DNA from: Okeania sp. SIO2F5
Lineage (GTDB): Bacteria > Cyanobacteriota > Cyanobacteriia > Cyanobacteriales > Microcoleaceae
Length of the DNA: 64,000 nt
NCBI RefSeq assembly: GCF_010692685.1
Contig: NZ_JAAHGU010000008.1
Coordinates: 41,619 to 105,618 of the forward strand
Direction of reading: 5' to 3'
Shown here: piece after piece, positions 24,176-33,070 of the stretch
Layout of the letters: each line of letters begins with the position of its first letter
Position numbering within the stretch: the first letter of the stretch is position 1
Made by a program: the position numbers and the translations under genes
Notes under the pieces: model-generated
Seen by the model: the letters and a program-made list of their open reading frames with translations, nothing else
Told to the model about the DNA's origin: nothing
Databases searched by the model: none

Positions 24176-27100
24176 GTGAGGATAGTCAAGATAAATATGA
24201 AAATACAGAAGAATCAAGAATATAGCTATCAAGTAGGTAATTATTTAGCATTAGAACATCCCACTTATGTTAGACGCTCGGCAGATAAAGAGTTATTTAA
24301 TGCTTTGAAGAAAGGTGAATATTGTTATGTATTAAGTTCTCCACAAACGGGAAAATCAAGTTTAAAAATTAGAACAATACAACTTTTGCAAGCAGAAAAT
24401 ATTATCTGTATTGCTTTAGATATGACTAGAGTTAATAATAAACTTTTGACTATAGAAGAATGGTATGAGCAAATAATTTTAACTTTAGAGAAGACTTTTT
24501 TATTTCCTCGACATTTCCCGGAATTATGGTGGGAAGAAATGGCATATCTGCCTGGGGATGAAAGATTATTTATTTTTATTGAAGAGGTATTGTTAGTTAA
24601 TACTCAAAATGAGAAAATAGTAATTTTTATAGATGAAGTTAATGATGAGAGTGTTGTTAATTCGGGCTTTAGTAGTTTAGGGGTATTAATTGATTATTGT
24701 ATTGAGCAAAGAACAAATAATCCAAAATTTCAACGTTTAACATTTGCTTTGTTAGGAACAACTATACCCGATAATTTAATAGATAGATGTAGATATATTG
24801 AACTTAATAGTTTCAAAAAAGAAGAAGTAGCTCATTTAGCGCAGCTATTTAAAGGCATAGTTAAAAAGCCACTACAAGTTATAGAAAAAATATTATATTG
24901 GTCGGGTGGACAACCATTTTTAACGCAAAAACTGTGTCAAATAGCGATTGACTATCTGGGAGAAAGAAGAGGAGAAGAAAATTATAATGAGATAGCTTTA
25001 ATAGAAGATTTAGTAAAAATTTGTGTTATAGAAAACTGGGATTCACAAGACTACCCAATTCATTTCAATAAAATACAAAATCTTTTGCTGAAGAATATAC
25101 AGAAATCTACCAGTCATTTAGAAATATATCAACAAATATTAAAACATGGTAGATTAAGACCGCCTGGTCAAGATAATCAAAAATTTAAAAATGATGCGAT
25201 CGCTAATCATCAATGGGAAATTAAAGAGTTATTGAGGTCTGGTGTAGCGAAAATAAATCGTGGTTTTTTAGAGGTATACAGTCCGATATATGCAGAAATT
25301 TTTAATCAAGAATGGGTACAACAATATTTACCAACAGTAACTACAGCTCCTCAAACTAATCCTCAAATATTAGAATTAAATGACCAGGAAAAAATATCTC
25401 TAATGGTATCTGATTTCTCTAATGAAGAAGGAAGAAGGAAGAAGGAAGAAGGAAGGAATAAAAAGTGGATAGGGACTCAAACCCTAACTAATTATCAAAA
25501 CCCTGTAGACGGCGGGGTATTAAACCCAAAAGAAAAAGATAATAAAAATAATAATTCAAATGAAATTCAGGTTCAGCAACAACATGAATTAGGGGAAATA
25601 ACAGCACATAAAAATCAGAATAATTCCCATAATATTCCGCTTAAATTACTAGAGAAACAACAGGAGAAACCAGTACAAAAAAATCAGAATAATCCCAATA
25701 ATATTCCGCTTAAATTACTAGAGAAACAACAGGAGAAACCAACAGAAAAAATTAATAACAAAGTTCAGAAAAAACAGATAGTTCGGAAAAAAGTCAAAAC
25801 ATCTTCAAATCAGCAGAATAAACTGAAACTAGGAGTGGCGGGTTTAGTTATAGTCTCAATAACAGCAATGACAGTAGTTGGTTGGGCAACTAAACTTTTT
25901 AAAGATACACAAAATCAACTTCAAAGAGCAGAATATCAACTAGAAAAAGCACAGTACGAACTTCAAGAAGCACAAGAAGGTACAAAACTAGAACACAAAG
26001 GAATTACTGCTTTAAGAAAATTTGAAATTGCAGAAATAGAAGCATTACTATCAGCAATGCAAGCTGGAAAAGAACTAAAAGAATTAGTTGGAGGCGATCG
26101 CCCACTTCAATATTATCCAGCTACAAGTCCCATATTTGCCTTACAACAAATACTCAACAATATTCACGAGAAAAATCAAATTCCCAACGTCAAAAAAATT
26201 ACCATGAGTCCTGATGGCCAACTACTCGCCACAGTTAACAATGATGGTACAGCCAAAATCCTCAAATACTCAGGTCAGTCTGTAGCTCAATTAAGAGGAC
26301 ATCAGGGCAAAGTTTCTCACATTAAATTTTCACCAGAAGGAAACATTCTAGCTACAGCAGGAGATGATAGTACAGTTAGAATCTGGGATTTTCTGGGTAA
26401 GCAGCAAGTAGAACTAAAAGGCCATGAAGGTCAAATTTGGCAAATTACTTTCAGTCCTGATGGTAAATATATAGCTACAGCAGGAGAAGATGGCACTGCA
26501 AGAATTTGGAATATATCAGGCAAGAAAATAGCGACTCTCAAAAAACATCAAGGTCGAATCTTAGATGTCACATTTAGCCCTGATGGTAAATATATAGCTA
26601 CTGCTGGATGGGATGGGACTGCGAGAATTTGGAATCGATCCGGAAGACAGTTGGCCAGACTCAGGGGGCATAAAGGTAGCGTCGAAAAAGTAATATTTAG
26701 TACAGATGGTCAACGTTTAGCCACTGCTGGATGGGATGGCACAATTAGGGTTTGGCGACGTAGTTCCGGTAAACTACTAACCAAACTTAAGGGAGGTGAA
26801 GGCGGGATCTGGAATGTTAGCTTTAGTCCGGATGGCAAAAGTTTGGCTACAGCAGGAGAAGATGGATCAGTCGCGATCTGGGATACTTCAGGCCAAGTAT
26901 TATCAAAACTTCCTGGACATCAAGGAATTGTCACCAGTGTTAGTTTTAGTCCAGATGGTGAACGTTTAGCTACAGCAGGTAGTGACGGCAGTGTGAAAAT
27001 TTGGAACAATAATGGTAATTTGTTAGCCAATCTTAGAGGACATCAAGGCAGGGTTTGGGAAGTTAACTTTAACGCTGATGGACAACGACTATTAACTTTG

Positions 27101-28075
27101 GGAGAGGATGGTACAGGTAGAATTTGGTCACTAGAAGGTAATCACGAGACAACTCTTCAGGGAAACTCCGATATTTTTGGGTCAGTAAGTTTTAGTTCTA
27201 ATAGTCAGAAATTAGCAACAGCAGCAGTTGATGGTACTGCCCGCATCTGGGATATTTCGGGAAAACCTTTAGCTCAATTTAATGGATATCTGGGAATGTT
27301 TGGGGATATGAGTTTTAGTCCTGATGGTCAACGTCTAGCTACTGCGGGAGATAGTGGTCAGGGGAGAATTTGGAAGATTTCAGGAGAAGAGTTGATAGAG
27401 CTAAAAGGTAAAAAGGGCAGAGCAAAGCAAATTGGTTTTAGCCCAGATGGGCAACGTTTAGCAACGGTGGGAGAAGATGGTGTTGCCCGCATCTGGAATA
27501 ATTCTGGTCAACAGTTGGCTGAGTCAAAAGGGCATAATGGTCGTGTGTTGGATGTGGTTTTTAGTCCAGACGGACAATATATTGGTACTGCTGGAGAGGA
27601 TGGTATTGCCAAAATCTGGGATAGTTCTTTTCAGCTTGTGTCAGAATTGAAAATTCTTTCAAGTTGGGTCGAGAGTATGGCTTTTAGTCCATCTGGAAAG
27701 TACATAGTGACGGGAGATAGCAATGGGGTAGTCAAAATTTGGGATTTTTCGGGGAATCAAATTGCTGATCTGAAGGGCAATATAGGTAGTGTGAATAATT
27801 TGACTTTTAGTGCTGATGGGGAGCAGGTGGCTAGTATGGGCAAAGATGGAATGGTAAGAATTTGGGATATTACTGGACGTCAATTAGCTCAATTTGAGAA
27901 TGCTAAGGCTTTAAGTTTGGATGGTAAATATGTGGCAACTTTGGTGGATAATAATTTACAGTTGTGGCGCGTGAAAGGATTAAATGATTTGTTGAAAGGT
28001 TCTTGTGATTGGCTTCAAGATTATTTTATTACTCATCCCAAGGTGAAGGATGATTTAGAAATTTGTGATATGTAG
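24176..28075 (+). CDS. AAA-like NTPase, repeat-rich linker, single TM, 14 WD40 repeats and a Cys-containing C-terminal tail.
   Basis: Walker A SSPQTGKSS and Walker B IVIFIDEV. TM is LGVAGLVIVSITAMTVVGWATKLF. There are 14 IW(D/N)xSG-type WD repeats. The tail is SCDWLQDYFITHPKV...EICDM. Confidence 0.85.
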   Translation: MRIVKINMKIQKNQEYSYQVGNYLALEHPTYVRRSADKELFNALKKGEYCYVLSSPQTGKSSLKIRTIQLLQAENIICIALDMTRVNNKLLTIEEWYEQIILTLEKTFLFPRHFPELWWEEMAYLPGDERLFIFIEEVLLVNTQNEKIVIFIDEVNDESVVNSGFSSLGVLIDYCIEQRTNNPKFQRLTFALLGTTIPDNLIDRCRYIELNSFKKEEVAHLAQLFKGIVKKPLQVIEKILYWSGGQPFLTQKLCQIAIDYLGERRGEENYNEIALIEDLVKICVIENWDSQDYPIHFNKIQNLLLKNIQKSTSHLEIYQQILKHGRLRPPGQDNQKFKNDAIANHQWEIKELLRSGVAKINRGFLEVYSPIYAEIFNQEWVQQYLPTVTTAPQTNPQILELNDQEKISLMVSDFSNEEGRRKKEEGRNKKWIGTQTLTNYQNPVDGGVLNPKEKDNKNNNSNEIQVQQQHELGEITAHKNQNNSHNIPLKLLEKQQEKPVQKNQNNPNNIPLKLLEKQQEKPTEKINNKVQKKQIVRKKVKTSSNQQNKLKLGVAGLVIVSITAMTVVGWATKLFKDTQNQLQRAEYQLEKAQYELQEAQEGTKLEHKGITALRKFEIAEIEALLSAMQAGKELKELVGGDRPLQYYPATSPIFALQQILNNIHEKNQIPNVKKITMSPDGQLLATVNNDGTAKILKYSGQSVAQLRGHQGKVSHIKFSPEGNILATAGDDSTVRIWDFLGKQQVELKGHEGQIWQITFSPDGKYIATAGEDGTARIWNISGKKIATLKKHQGRILDVTFSPDGKYIATAGWDGTARIWNRSGRQLARLRGHKGSVEKVIFSTDGQRLATAGWDGTIRVWRRSSGKLLTKLKGGEGGIWNVSFSPDGKSLATAGEDGSVAIWDTSGQVLSKLPGHQGIVTSVSFSPDGERLATAGSDGSVKIWNNNGNLLANLRGHQGRVWEVNFNADGQRLLTLGEDGTGRIWSLEGNHETTLQGNSDIFGSVSFSSNSQKLATAAVDGTARIWDISGKPLAQFNGYLGMFGDMSFSPDGQRLATAGDSGQGRIWKISGEELIELKGKKGRAKQIGFSPDGQRLATVGEDGVARIWNNSGQQLAESKGHNGRVLDVVFSPDGQYIGTAGEDGIAKIWDSSFQLVSELKILSSWVESMAFSPSGKYIVTGDSNGVVKIWDFSGNQIADLKGNIGSVNNLTFSADGEQVASMGKDGMVRIWDITGRQLAQFENAKALSLDGKYVATLVDNNLQLWRVKGLNDLLKGSCDWLQDYFITHPKVKDDLEICDM

Positions 28076-28080
28076 TTAGG

Positions 28081-28130
28081 AGGGAAGAAGAAAGAAGGAA
28101 GAAGGAAGAAGGAAGAAGGAAACTAGAGCA
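28081..28130. repeat. STRR array GGAAGAA / GAAGGAA x6.
   Basis: Read directly. Confidence 0.8.
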
Positions 28131-28342
28131 ACAGTCCAGTAGGGTGTGTTAGCGTTAGCGTAACGCACCGAAATCCTGTATACAGCACTTTCCGTTGTTA
28201 TGAGGTACACTCCGAAGCGGGCAAGATGCGCGCACTGCAATATTTTCACCATTCATCTTGTACACCATTTGCCCGAAATCTGCTGTATGTTGTCAGTGCG
28301 TAAGTCCTGATCAATTAAACTTAAAATCTACAACCTTAAATT

Positions 28343-28921
28343 ATGCTAAATTCAATACAACAATTTTCATGGCAAAAAATTATCTCCACTTTATTGAGTT
28401 TTTTATTAGCGATATTTTTATTACTGCTAATAGCTACACCCACTGCTTTAGCAAGTCTAAATGATGATAGATTTGATGGTAATATTTTTGCCCTTTATGC
28501 GGGTAATGGTTCTCTTGTACCTGCTAGAGTAACATTAAAAGAATCTCTCAAAAGTTCTAAACCTGCCCTATTAGTATTTTTTCTAGATGATAGTAAAGAT
28601 TGTAAACAATTTTCTACTGTAGTTTCTCAACTTCAAGCATTCTATGGTCGTGCAGCAAGTTTTATTCCTGTTAATGTGGATGCTATTGTTACTCCTATAA
28701 CTGATGATTCTACACAATCAGCTTATTATTATGAAGGATTTGTACCTCAAACTGTTTTAATTGACCAAGAAGGAAAAGTTGTTTTAAATGCTAAAGGTCA
28801 AGTTGCTTTTGAAAAAGTAGATGATGCTTTTAGAGAAGTTTTTGATTTATTACCTCGCTCTGAGTCTGTTGAACTTAAGCGTAGAATTCTTAATGAGGTA
28901 AATATTGAATTGAGTAATTAG
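28343..28921 (+). CDS. Membrane-anchored thioredoxin-fold protein (TlpA/thylakoid-factor-like). The assignment is tentative.
   Basis: N-terminal TM or signal segment, then a ~150-aa domain with a Trx-like beta-alpha-beta pattern (LLVFFLDDSKDCKQF). Confidence 0.45.
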   Translation: MLNSIQQFSWQKIISTLLSFLLAIFLLLLIATPTALASLNDDRFDGNIFALYAGNGSLVPARVTLKESLKSSKPALLVFFLDDSKDCKQFSTVVSQLQAFYGRAASFIPVNVDAIVTPITDDSTQSAYYYEGFVPQTVLIDQEGKVVLNAKGQVAFEKVDDAFREVFDLLPRSESVELKRRILNEVNIELSN

Positions 28922-28924
28922 ATA

Positions 28925-29195
28925 AGCATTCAGCGGTCAGCTATCAGCTATCAGCTATTAATTCATTTATTAATTCATTGCCTTTAATGTATTTTCGTCA
29001 TTGCGACCGATAGGGTTTGCGGAGCAGTCCGGAACGGAAAGCAATCTCATATCTTAGTCTTAGGTAAGCATTCAGCTATCAGCTATCAGCTATTAATTGA
29101 TTGCCTTTAACATATTTTTGTCATTGCGACCGACAGGGTTTGCGGAGCAGTCCGGAACGGAAAGCAATCTCAGCTCCTAGTTTTTCGTACTTCAT
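28925..29195. repeat. Two tandem copies of a ~140-bp unit (AGCATTCAGC..AGCTATCAGCTATCAGCTATTAATT...GTCATTGCGACCGA.AGGGTTTGCGGAGCAGTCCGGAACGGAAAGCAATCTCA).
   Basis: Direct alignment. Each unit has an AGCTATC heptamer triplet and a TCCGGA hexamer. Confidence 0.65.
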
Positions 29196-29377
29196 CCATA
29201 AGTCCTGATACAGCAGATTCCACTTTGATGAACTACACCCATCACGGGCAAGATGCTATAGCGGGCAAGATGCCCGCACTACAGGCATTGAATTGTTAAT
29301 ATCTGTAGCTAATATACACTATATCCTTGTGTTTGCTAATCTTTAACCCTGTTTTCCCTCCTTTACTGTTCCCTATT

Positions 29378-29412
29378 CCCTATTCCCTATTCCCTATTCC
29401 CTATTCCCTTTT
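29378..29412. repeat. STRR array CCCTATT x5.
   Basis: Read directly. Confidence 0.8.
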
Positions 29413-29421
29413 TAAGCGCCA

Positions 29422-30312
29422 ATGTATCCTGATTTTTTACCAAAATTAACTGAAAGTTTGACTGAATCTAAATCTGTTTCTTTTGCTCAAAATATTCAGT
29501 ATAAGTCAATTTCTACTCCTCTGAATTCTCAAGCAATTAATACAAGTTTTGTCTCTCAAGGTGAAGATAATACCCCGATTTTATTACTACATGGTTTTGA
29601 TAGTTCTATTTTTGAATATCGTCGTCTTTTACCATTACTTGCTGCTCAAAATCAAACTTTTGCTGTTGATTTATTGGGATTTGGTTTTACAGATAGATTA
29701 GCCAATTTAAAAATTAATCCAAAAGCGATCGCTACTCATCTTTATTATTTTTGGAAAAGTTTAATTAACCAACCTGTTATTTTAGTAGGTGCTTCTATGG
29801 GTGGTGCTGCTGCTATTGATTTTACTCTGACTTACCCGGAAGTTGTGAAAAAATTGGTATTAATTGATAGTGCTGGAATGCAAAATAATCCGATTATTAG
29901 TAAGTTTATTTTTCCTCCACTTGACTATTTCGCCACAGAATTTTTGCGTCGTCCCCAGGTTCGAGCAAATATTAGTCGTAGTGCTTATTTTGATAAAAGT
30001 TTTGCGACTTTAGATGCTAATATTTGTGCCAGATTGCATCTAGAAATGCCTGGTTGGAATCAAGCTTTAATTTCTTTTACTAAGAGTGGTGGGTATGGTA
30101 ATTTCAAACAAAAATTGCCTTCTCTACAACAGCAAACATTGATTTTGTGGGGAGAAAATGACCGGATTTTAGGTACTAGTGATGCTGGTAAATTGGAGGG
30201 CGCGATCGCTAATTCTCAACTGATTTGGATTCCTAATTGCGGTCATGTTCCTCACTTGGAAAAGTCACAAGTTACTGCTAATTATATTCTTGATTTTATT
30301 AGAGATAATTAG
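29422..30312 (+). CDS. Alpha/beta-fold hydrolase.
   Basis: The HG oxyanion motif (LLLHGFDSS), a nucleophile elbow GASMGG, and a C-terminal His (NCGHVPHLE). Confidence 0.8.
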   Translation: MYPDFLPKLTESLTESKSVSFAQNIQYKSISTPLNSQAINTSFVSQGEDNTPILLLHGFDSSIFEYRRLLPLLAAQNQTFAVDLLGFGFTDRLANLKINPKAIATHLYYFWKSLINQPVILVGASMGGAAAIDFTLTYPEVVKKLVLIDSAGMQNNPIISKFIFPPLDYFATEFLRRPQVRANISRSAYFDKSFATLDANICARLHLEMPGWNQALISFTKSGGYGNFKQKLPSLQQQTLILWGENDRILGTSDAGKLEGAIANSQLIWIPNCGHVPHLEKSQVTANYILDFIRDN

Positions 30313-31063
30313 TGATAGATTTATTAAGTAATTATTCTTGATTATCTATTACTTTTTATCAAAATTAATTCACTGTTTTCAGCAAGATTAGGTTCAGCTT
30401 CACTACAACCAATAAAGTCCAGTTTACTAAATTTTTCCAGATGGTTTTCAGAAGTATTCAAAAGTTATTGATAGTAATACTCTAGAGCAGATAGTAAAAT
30501 TTCATCTGTGCTTTGTTGATTTTTTTCCTGGATAAAGGCAAGTTTTTGCGCCTGTTCTTGAGTGAGTTTAGTAGCAATTTTCATTGTTGTATAAAATTGA
30601 TAGAATAATTTGAATATCCAAGCGTATATAAGCACAATACTTATATTACTTTCCTAATAGTAATTTTATTTCTGGAGAAAAGCAATAATGAGTAACTCGA
30701 AAGCAAAATGAGGTGCTGATGGCAGTGAGCTTCCTACAATAGACCCTCATACTAAAGCCAAGCATCAAATTATCGAAGAATATATAGAAAATTTGGGATT
30801 GGTGAATGCGTAATGCTTTTGTCTCAAACGCTTTTTATCCCCTTAAAAGGGGAAACTTGAGACAAAATTTTTTCGGTCATAATGAAAATTTTTCTGTTCA
30901 TCAATTACTTTAATTAGTTGATCATTCAGCATGCGGTGAATGACAGTCAAACCGACCATTATTCGATAAATGGTCAGCGTACTGTCACACATCCTACTCG
31001 ATCTTTTGTTGACAAATAATTTCTTAAAAAAAGAAAATAATTAACTACTTTTATGAATCTATA

Positions 31064-31228
31064 ATATCATGTTCCCCCTCCGGGGGAGCTACGCTAACGG
31101 ATAATCAGTGATAGAACTCCGTTACGCTCACGCGGCCAAAAAACTTTATCCCTTCTAACCTTTTCTTCCCTTCTGCCTTCTGCCTTCCTTCCTCCAAGGT
31201 GTAAGTCTTCAACCAAACATGATATAAT
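31064..31228. mobile_element. MITE family B copy (ATATCATGTTCC ... CAACCAAACATGATAT) carrying a nested ~25-bp insert and CCTTCTG STRRs. It abuts the 3' end of the GH13 gene.
   Basis: Termini and the CCAAAAAACTTTATCCC core match other B copies. Confidence 0.5.
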
Positions 31229-31232
31229 ACAA

Positions 31233-32708
31233 TTAATTATTAACGAAAATACAGCCTTTTCTAGGTAGTAAATTCAATTCTAATTGAGTAGATTCTTCTT
31301 GCCAGGAAATTTCACAACTACCATAAACAATTTTACTAGGTCGAGAATTAAACTGAGTAACAGAAACATTTACATTTGCTGCTTCCGTACCACTATTAAT
31401 AGTCACAATAATTTCCTCATCTCCTAAAATACGAGCAAATACATACACATTTCCCTCGGCAAATAAAACCTCATAAATACCAGTACGCAAAGCTGGATAT
31501 TGATTTCTAATAGCAATTAACTTTTTATGATATTCCAAAACTTGATTATCCAATTTTTCCCTAGCAGGAAAACCACGACGAGAGTCAGGGTCTAACTTCC
31601 CTGGTAAACCTACTTCATCACCATAATAAATACTAGGTGCGCCAGGAAAAGTCATTAACAACAGAGTAGCTAACTCAACACTTACTTGATCTCCTTGAGC
31701 AATACTCAAAACTCGAGCTGTATCGTGACTGTCTAATAAATTCAGTTGAGTTAGTTCAATTTCCCAAGGATAGAGTTGCAGCAACTCCTGCATTTTTTGA
31801 CCATATTCAACAGCAGATATACCTGGGTAAGCTGAATAGTCACAACCTTTAACTTGGTCAATATCTACGCGATCGCCCGCTGTAAAAGCAATAGTTGGGC
31901 CAGTAAACAAATAATTCATCACCCCATCAAACTGACTACCATCCAACCATTGTACGCAGTCACTCCAGACTTCACCCACAATATAAGCTTCCGGGTTAAT
32001 AGCTTTGACGCGATCGCGAAATTCTTGCCAAAACCCAGGGGTCTTAACTTCAAACGGCACATCCAACCGCCAACCATCAATACCAAACTCTAACCAATAT
32101 TCCCCAATTTGCATAATATATTCTTTCACTTCTGGGTTATCGTGATTGAATACAGGCAAAGCGCGGTTGCCTACCCACCCGACATAGTTTGCAGGTAAAC
32201 TACCATCGTAAGCAGATAGAGGCCAATTTTCAACTTTGAACCAATGTAACCAGGGTGAGTGGGGACCGTTTTCTAAGATATCGTTGAAGAAATAGAAACC
32301 GCGACTAGCGTGGTTGAAAACTCCATCCAGAACAACTTTAATATTGCGATCATGGGCAGCATCTATTAATACTCTTAAAGCTTCATTACCTCCTAAAATT
32401 GGATCGACTCGGTAATAGTCATGGGTATGATAGCGATGGTTACAAGCTGATTGAAAAATAGGGGTGAAATAAATAGCAGTGATCCCCAGGTCTTGAATAT
32501 AGTCAAGTTGTTCGATGACACCCCAGAGGTTGCCACCTTTGTAACCTTGGGGAGTAGGAGGTTCATCCCAAGGTTCTAGGGTAGAAGGATAATAACCTTT
32601 GTCTATACCTTTTCTGGTTTGGGTAGGTGGTTGACCTTTGGCAAAACGGTCTGGAAAAATTTGGTAAAATACGGCGTGTTTTACCCACTCTGGTGTTTGA
32701 ATTTGCAT
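31233..32708 (-). CDS. GH13 alpha-amylase-family glycoside hydrolase.
   Basis: GH13 regions: DGVFNH, GWRLDVPFEV, and LDSHDTAR near the C-terminus. Confidence 0.85.
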   Translation of the reverse strand: MQIQTPEWVKHAVFYQIFPDRFAKGQPPTQTRKGIDKGYYPSTLEPWDEPPTPQGYKGGNLWGVIEQLDYIQDLGITAIYFTPIFQSACNHRYHTHDYYRVDPILGGNEALRVLIDAAHDRNIKVVLDGVFNHASRGFYFFNDILENGPHSPWLHWFKVENWPLSAYDGSLPANYVGWVGNRALPVFNHDNPEVKEYIMQIGEYWLEFGIDGWRLDVPFEVKTPGFWQEFRDRVKAINPEAYIVGEVWSDCVQWLDGSQFDGVMNYLFTGPTIAFTAGDRVDIDQVKGCDYSAYPGISAVEYGQKMQELLQLYPWEIELTQLNLLDSHDTARVLSIAQGDQVSVELATLLLMTFPGAPSIYYGDEVGLPGKLDPDSRRGFPAREKLDNQVLEYHKKLIAIRNQYPALRTGIYEVLFAEGNVYVFARILGDEEIIVTINSGTEAANVNVSVTQFNSRPSKIVYGSCEISWQEESTQLELNLLPRKGCIFVNN

Positions 32709-33070
32709 AGATAATTATCTCTTTAATTAGGAAAGCAATACTATTTTGACAGGAAATTGATCTCAAAGTATCACAAATTAAAGTAATATTAAAATTTGTC
32801 ACAATGACTAGGCAGTTTGATGTAGAGAAGGGTTAGATTTGTACAGGACACATAATATTCTAGAATTTGCCAAAGCCACTGAAAAAAAATTAGTGAGTAT
32901 TATGGCCTATTAGCAAAGAATTATTTAAGGAAAAATCAAAATTACATTGTGATGGTGATGGCAGCAATAGCTCACGTCAATACTTGTTTAAGCAAGACTT
33001 GCAAGCTCTAATTAATGAATTAGGGATAAAAATTCCCATTCCAAAAATTTAATTACCAATCCATAAAACC

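Noticed and set aside
28925-29195. Possible CRISPR array.
   Set aside because: Only two long (~140 bp) units with no short repeat/spacer alternation. Same conclusion for 20497-20768.
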